Below the pieces are notes generated by a model, which was not told the DNA's origin, did no database searches, and saw only the letters and a program-made list of their open reading frames with translations. A stretch of 64,000 bases of DNA. Origin: Promethearchaeota archaeon (GTDB lineage Archaea; Asgardarchaeota; Lokiarchaeia; Sigyniarchaeales; SOKP01). This document shows, piece by piece, positions 59,813-64,000 of this stretch. The DNA lies in assembly GCA_016839555.1 (NCBI GenBank), contig JAEOUA010000010.1, forward strand, positions 224,001-288,000, written 5' to 3'. Position 1 is the stretch's first letter. Each line of letters opens with the position of its first letter. The position numbers were made by a program, and so were the translations under genes.

Positions 59813-60060
59813 TTACAAATCATTTAAGTATTTAATAATTTCCCCGTTTTGGGTTATTTGAAAATAATTATTCTTGCTAACTTTATCCTTAACTACTTCT
59901 ACACAAAACGCTTTTTTTAAATAATCCAGATTATATTTTGAAACGTCTTTTTTATTTAGAATACTTTTATTTTTTAATTCTATGTATAAAAATAGCGCAA
60001 TTTAAAAATCAATGCTCTTAACTTGATATTATTATAGCTATTGTTAATGTTTTTTCTCAA
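59813..60060 (-). pseudogene. Frameshifted winged-HTH regulator remnant
   Basis: TTG at 60060 gives MRKNINNSYNNIKLRALIFK. A second frame (60001..59813, 62 codons, no ATG/GTG/TTG at its start) gives ...VSKYNLDYLKKAFCVEVV...YFQITQNGEII. Confidence 0.4.
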
Positions 60061-60217
60061 TATTTTTTTATATTAATTTTTCTACAAAATTTTTATTAGA
60101 ATTTTAATAAATTAAAAACCTCAAGTTTAAATAGTTCTTTTAAGATATATAATATTGAGAATAATATTAATAATATTAAAAATATAAATCATATCTTTTC
60201 CAAAGGAGTATAAAATA

Positions 60218-60340
60218 ATGTGTCTCCATTGTAATTATTGGAATGTTGAAAACCTCAAGAAGGCAAGCCCCAAACCTAAGTTAGAATCATCCTCAGAAGA
60301 AGTTAAACCCGTTTATCAAAGTACCCCTCATCAAGAATAA
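60218..60340 (+). CDS. Unannotated 40-aa small protein with N-terminal CxxC
   Basis: MCLHCNYWNVENLKKASPKPKLESSSEEVKPVYQSTPHQE*; AAAGGAG SD upstream; T-rich tract downstream; higher GC than flanks. Confidence 0.6.
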   Translation: MCLHCNYWNVENLKKASPKPKLESSSEEVKPVYQSTPHQE

Positions 60341-60580
60341 TTATCTTTTAAAATAACTCGAAACATTATATCATCTTACTAATAATCAGTGATAATTTGT
60401 TCACAGATTAAAGGAAATTTTTTTAATTTACCTTTTTTCTTTTTTTTTTTTATATAAGCAAATTTTTTACCTTACAAATTCAAATTTTTAAAAATTAAAC
60501 TTCCAGTTTTATAAAATTAATCTCTCAAACTTAAGATGGTATGATTAATAATTTCAAAAAATGGAGAAAAAGATAGATTT

Positions 60581-61126
60581 TTAATAGATTCCACGATATT
60601 TTCGCCGGAGACTTATAAATAGACCTTTAAAAAAGGGGAGGTATATTAAGATTATTGCAATCACTATTGCTATAATATTTAAAACAATCCCGAGTATCGC
60701 AAATACACCCCCCATATCTATGAAAAGATTTTTTGACTCATTAGCGCGTAATTTTTGCCGTATCATTCTAGAAATAATACCTAATGAACAACCAGCAATA
60801 CTAGAGAGTATAGCAACTAGTCCAAACACCTCAGTCACCAATTTTAATTCTTCATCAAAATAATATGATTCATAAAAAATATAATATGTAGACTGAACAG
60901 AATTTCTTAGAATTAATATAAGAGCTAAACCGATAATTATAAAGATGATTGCTATTATAAAAGACGATAATCCGAGGATAAAACATCTTTTCGACTCTTT
61001 TATAGTAGTAACATCTGAATCAGAAGTTTTCATAGATATCCTCAAGTCTGCTCCACAATGGTCACAAAATTTTTGATCTGAAGACTTTAATTTTTCACCA
61101 CATTGAGGACAATACAAATTATTCAC
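60581..61126 (-). CDS. Zinc-ribbon membrane protein, tandem paralog 1
   Basis: CPQCG...QKFCDHCGA plus 3 TM helices. Confidence 0.85.
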   Translation of the reverse strand: MNNLYCPQCGEKLKSSDQKFCDHCGADLRISMKTSDSDVTTIKESKRCFILGLSSFIIAIIFIIIGLALILILRNSVQSTYYIFYESYYFDEELKLVTEVFGLVAILSSIAGCSLGIISRMIRQKLRANESKNLFIDMGGVFAILGIVLNIIAIVIAIILIYLPFFKGLFISLRRKYRGIY

Positions 61127-61159
61127 ATATTTATTTTTATTATTATATATTACAATATT

Positions 61160-61224
61160 TTAGATTTCGAAAATAAAATTAAATGATTATATTATCAAAG
61201 AGAGGTTCTTATATAAAAATGTTA
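61160..61224 (-). repeat. Conserved promoter/leader repeat, copy 1
   Basis: TTAGATTTC...AAAATTAAATGATTATATT..CAAAGAGA...CTTATATAAAAATGTTA (+ strand); TATA box on the minus strand. Confidence 0.75.
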
Positions 61225-61382
61225 CTTCACTATCTCAATTGAAAAAATTTTGAAAAGTTAAAAAAAAAACTCTAATTTAATTTTTGTTGATAATAAAGCT
61301 TCTATATGATTGAGAAATATTTCCTCATCTAGAAATTACAATAAATTCTTGATATCATATGGAAAAAAAAGAAAAAATTTGA

Positions 61383-62006
61383 TTAATAATAAAAATAATA
61401 TCTAAGTTCTTCAAGGCTTGGAATATTTTTCATAAGTTCGTAAAAAAGTTGAAAATAAAAGGGGATAAAACATAATAGCACACCAATTATTAACCCATTT
61501 ATGTTTATAAAAATACCAAGCATTTCGAGATAACTACTTATCTTTATTAAACGATTATTTGATTCATTAATTAATCTTTTCTGTCTTATTATTTTAGCAA
61601 TTATTCCTAATATAATCCCCGCAACGCTAATTAATATAAAAACTATTCCGAGCATTAAACTTAAGGTTTTCAATTCTTCTTCTAAAATAAGTTCACCTTT
61701 GATAAAATAAAAACCCGCTTTAAAAAGTATCAAATCTAAAAAATTATATTCCCAATGGACAGAATTTAAAATTTTGAAAATAAAGCGTAAACCAATAATC
61801 ATGGAAATTAATCCTAATATAAAAGAAACTATTGCGAGAACAAAAGATATTATTATATACTTTTTGGATATTCCCTTTTTGGTTTCAGTAATTTTTGGTT
61901 GAGAAGATTTTGCTTTAATTTTCAATTCTGCTCCACAATATCTGCAAAACTTTTGATCTGGCGATTCTACTTTTTTACCACAGTTAGGACAATTCAATTC
62001 CTTCAC
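61383..62006 (-). CDS. Zinc-ribbon membrane protein, tandem paralog 2
   Basis: CPNCG...QKFCRYCGAEL plus TM helices. Confidence 0.85.
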   Translation of the reverse strand: MKELNCPNCGKKVESPDQKFCRYCGAELKIKAKSSQPKITETKKGISKKYIIISFVLAIVSFILGLISMIIGLRFIFKILNSVHWEYNFLDLILFKAGFYFIKGELILEEELKTLSLMLGIVFILISVAGIILGIIAKIIRQKRLINESNNRLIKISSYLEMLGIFININGLIIGVLLCFIPFYFQLFYELMKNIPSLEELRYYFYY

Positions 62007-62039
62007 GAATTTTATTTATATAAATATATATTAAATAAA

Positions 62040-62113
62040 TTAGATTTCACAGCTTTAATAAAATTAAATGATTATATACCAAAGAGATAATCTTATATAA
62101 AAAGGTTATCATG
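62040..62113 (-). repeat. Conserved promoter/leader repeat, copy 2
   Basis: TTAGATTTC...TAATAAAATTAAATGATTATATACCAAAGAGATAATCTTATATAAAAAGGTTATCATG. Confidence 0.75.
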
Positions 62114-62287
62114 CTAGCTTTATAAATAAATCTTTTAAGATTCTAAAGGATTTTTGCATCCAAACTTTTCCCAAAAACAGTTATAATCTACTTTAAACTA
62201 TAAAAAAAACTCGATGATTGATATTAAAAAATCTCAAATCTAACAGAATAAAGAATTAAATCGCTCCAATAATAAAACTTATTTTAT

Positions 62288-62908
62288 TTAAAATCCATAC
62301 ATAAATTGATTTACGTGTATATTATACTCAAGAATATACTTGGGAATATATAATAAGATCCCTCCGATTAAAATACCTAATATACTCAATGCAATCCCTA
62401 CTATACCAAATATAAAACCAATTTTTCGTAATTTCTTACCTGCTGTTTCATCACGAGCTCTTTTCCTTATTGCCATAGCAATGATTCCTAATAGAGACCC
62501 AATAATACCAAAAATAATAAGTAATAAACCAAATAAATAAGCTCCCTGTTTTAAATCTTCTTCTAAAATATATAAAGGTTCAGGAACACCGAAATAAAAA
62601 CCTTCCTCTAAACACACCTTAACGTAAGTAAGTTCAGAAAACCCATATTCTAGGGAAACAGATGATCCTACGGAGAAAAAAACGGGTAAACCGATACTTA
62701 TGGAAAGTAATGCTAAAAAGATAGATACAGTTGCTAATCCAAAGAATATTTTTGAATATTCTCTAGTTGCTTTATTATTTTTATGAGAATTTTGAAACTG
62801 AGATTTTTCTCTATTTATATTCAATTCTGCTCCACAATTTCTGCAAAACTTTTGATCTAAAGACTCTAATTTTTTTCCACATTTAGGACAGCTCAAATTC
62901 TTCACCAA
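62288..62908 (-). CDS. Zinc-ribbon membrane protein, tandem paralog 3
   Basis: CPKCG...QKFCRNCGAEL plus 3 TM helices. Confidence 0.85.
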   Translation of the reverse strand: MVKNLSCPKCGKKLESLDQKFCRNCGAELNINREKSQFQNSHKNNKATREYSKIFFGLATVSIFLALLSISIGLPVFFSVGSSVSLEYGFSELTYVKVCLEEGFYFGVPEPLYILEEDLKQGAYLFGLLLIIFGIIGSLLGIIAMAIRKRARDETAGKKLRKIGFIFGIVGIALSILGILIGGILLYIPKYILEYNIHVNQFMYGF

Positions 62909-62937
62909 TTTTATTCATATGAATATTCTTAAATAAC

Positions 62938-63011
62938 TTAGATTTCGAATATTTAATAAAAGTTAATTTTTATATTACCAAAGGGATAATCTTATATAAA
63001 AATATTATCAT
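62938..63011 (-). repeat. Conserved promoter/leader repeat, copy 3
   Basis: TTAGATTTC...TAATAAAAGTTAATTTTTATATTACCAAAGGGATAATCTTATATAAAAATATTATCAT. Confidence 0.75.
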
Positions 63012-63110
63012 TGGGCTTTTTTAAATATTTGTTTGGGATATTAAAAAATAATGCATATTATACTATTTTCAAGACATATGATTCATTAAATTCTAGACCA
63101 ATCAGAGATC

Positions 63111-63659
63111 TTAAAAAACGGCGACAATAAAGGGCATTGATCTATATAGGATAATTCCGAAGATGATTCCTACTACACTTATAGTGATCCCCAATATTCC
63201 AAAAATTCCCCCAATTTTAACTAATCTACCATTTAGATCATAAGATACTGCTTTTCGTCTCAATAACAGAGAGCTACTTCCTAATAAAAGACCAGCAAGA
63301 CTTAATATTATAATCCCTATTCCAATCACATGAAGATATCTCTCTCTTTCCTCACTTCCAATGACTCCCCAAGAAGGAAAAATTGTACTCTCATAGCTTA
63401 TCATACCAAAACTAGAATATAGAGATGCTCTTATGGATAGAATAAAAGCTAGACCGGTTATTGTAGTAGATAATGCTAAAAGAAAAGAAATTAATGCAGT
63501 TATAAAGCATATTTTTGAATAATTTTTAGTTTTGGTTTCTTTTTCAAGGGAAATTTGGGGCTGAGAAGCATCAGTAGGCAATTTCAAGTCTGCTCCACAA
63601 TATCGACAAATTTCTTCATTAGGAGTATCCAATTTTGCTCCACAATTAGGACAATACAT
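63111..63659 (-). CDS. Zinc-ribbon membrane protein, tandem paralog 4
   Basis: CPNCGA...ICRYCGADL plus 3 TM helices. Confidence 0.85.
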   Translation of the reverse strand: MYCPNCGAKLDTPNEEICRYCGADLKLPTDASQPQISLEKETKTKNYSKICFITALISFLLALSTTITGLAFILSIRASLYSSFGMISYESTIFPSWGVIGSEERERYLHVIGIGIIILSLAGLLLGSSSLLLRRKAVSYDLNGRLVKIGGIFGILGITISVVGIIFGIILYRSMPFIVAVF

Positions 63660-63701
63660 CTTTTTTGCTTTTTCTATTTAATTAATTATATTTAAGAAAT
63701 A

Positions 63702-63776
63702 TTAGATTTCAGAAATTAACAAAAATTTAATGATTATATTATTAAAGAGATAGTCTCGTATAAAAATGTTATCATG
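63702..63776 (-). repeat. Conserved promoter/leader repeat, copy 4 (TATA variant)
   Basis: TTAGATTTC...AAAAATTTAATGATTATATTATTAAAGAGATAGTCTCGTATAAAAATGTTATCATG. Confidence 0.72.
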
Positions 63777-63905
63777 TTTAGATTTTTAATTGAATTTGAT
63801 TATTGAGAATAAAAAAAATAAACGTAATTTTAGAAAATAAGATTGAAGTTTCAGCCGTTCCAGAATTCAAAGAAAAACATCGAAAAATCATTTGACCTTG
63901 GAACT

Positions 63906-64000
63906 TTAGATATTCTCCTCATTTTCTACTAAGATGTCTTTGATTGTTAAATTTTTACCGCAGTAAGGAGCTAATTCATTAAAGAATTCTGTGGGATCGG
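63906..64000 (-). CDS. 3' end of a gene running off the window
   Basis: Open frame DPTEFFNELAPYCGKNLTIKDILVENEENI*. Confidence 0.55.
   Translation of the reverse strand, partial: DPTEFFNELAPYCGKNLTIKDILVENEENI

Noticed and set aside
140-62540. Many short ORFs in the track lying antisense to, or out of frame within, long genes (e.g. 27021-27374, 57195-57833, 48305-48754, 25138-25338)
   Set aside because: They overlap well-supported genes, are mostly antisense shadows, and have no motifs
61160-63776. Repeats as a CRISPR array or DGR template/variable repeats
   Set aside because: The units are degenerate and separated by whole genes; no cas or reverse transcriptase gene is present and no adenine-specific TR/VR pair was seen
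63857-63904. SECIS element
   Set aside because: AUGA is present, but the paired helix and apical AA needed for a eukaryote-like SECIS are not
1-64000. tRNA or rRNA genes
   Set aside because: No GC-rich cloverleaf or rRNA-like segment seen in any intergenic region by eye; tRNAscan-SE or Infernal would be decisive

Overview
Very AT-rich, gene-dense archaeal chromosomal segment, most likely from a Lokiarchaeia (Asgard) genome. Evidence for this: an archaeal uL16/L10e gene, an IPGY-TM-basic (Loki-CTERM-type) surface protein, Rab-like and MglA-like small GTPases, a longin-type domain, an HdrA-MvhD fusion and a stand-alone MtrH. No rRNA, tRNA, CRISPR array, transposase or integrase was recognised. 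Housekeeping and metabolic genes include uxaC, rpl10e, a two-subunit B12 acyl-CoA mutase with MeaB, grpE/dnaK/dnaJ, ABC and MFS transporters, HAD, AKR, an NTPase and a lipase. Highlights: (1) a full CD36/SR-BI/LIMP-2-type scavenger-receptor homologue with a large apical insertion; (2) a 10-kb neighbourhood of trafficking-like proteins (longin, arrestin-fold, two GTPases, PCI-like); (3) a CorA/DUF155-like 2-TM protein fused to a NUDIX hydrolase; (4) a SIR2-helical/TPR protein; (5) a transporter/sulfatase/GH94/MtaA-like/SCP2 cluster lying between dnaK and dnaJ; (6) four tandem zinc-ribbon membrane paralogs, each with a copy of the same upstream promoter/leader; (7) enzymes with altered catalytic motifs (isobutyryl-CoA-mutase signature, His-loop-less acyl-CoA synthetase, non-canonical M28). 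All family calls come from motif recognition by eye, not from database searches.
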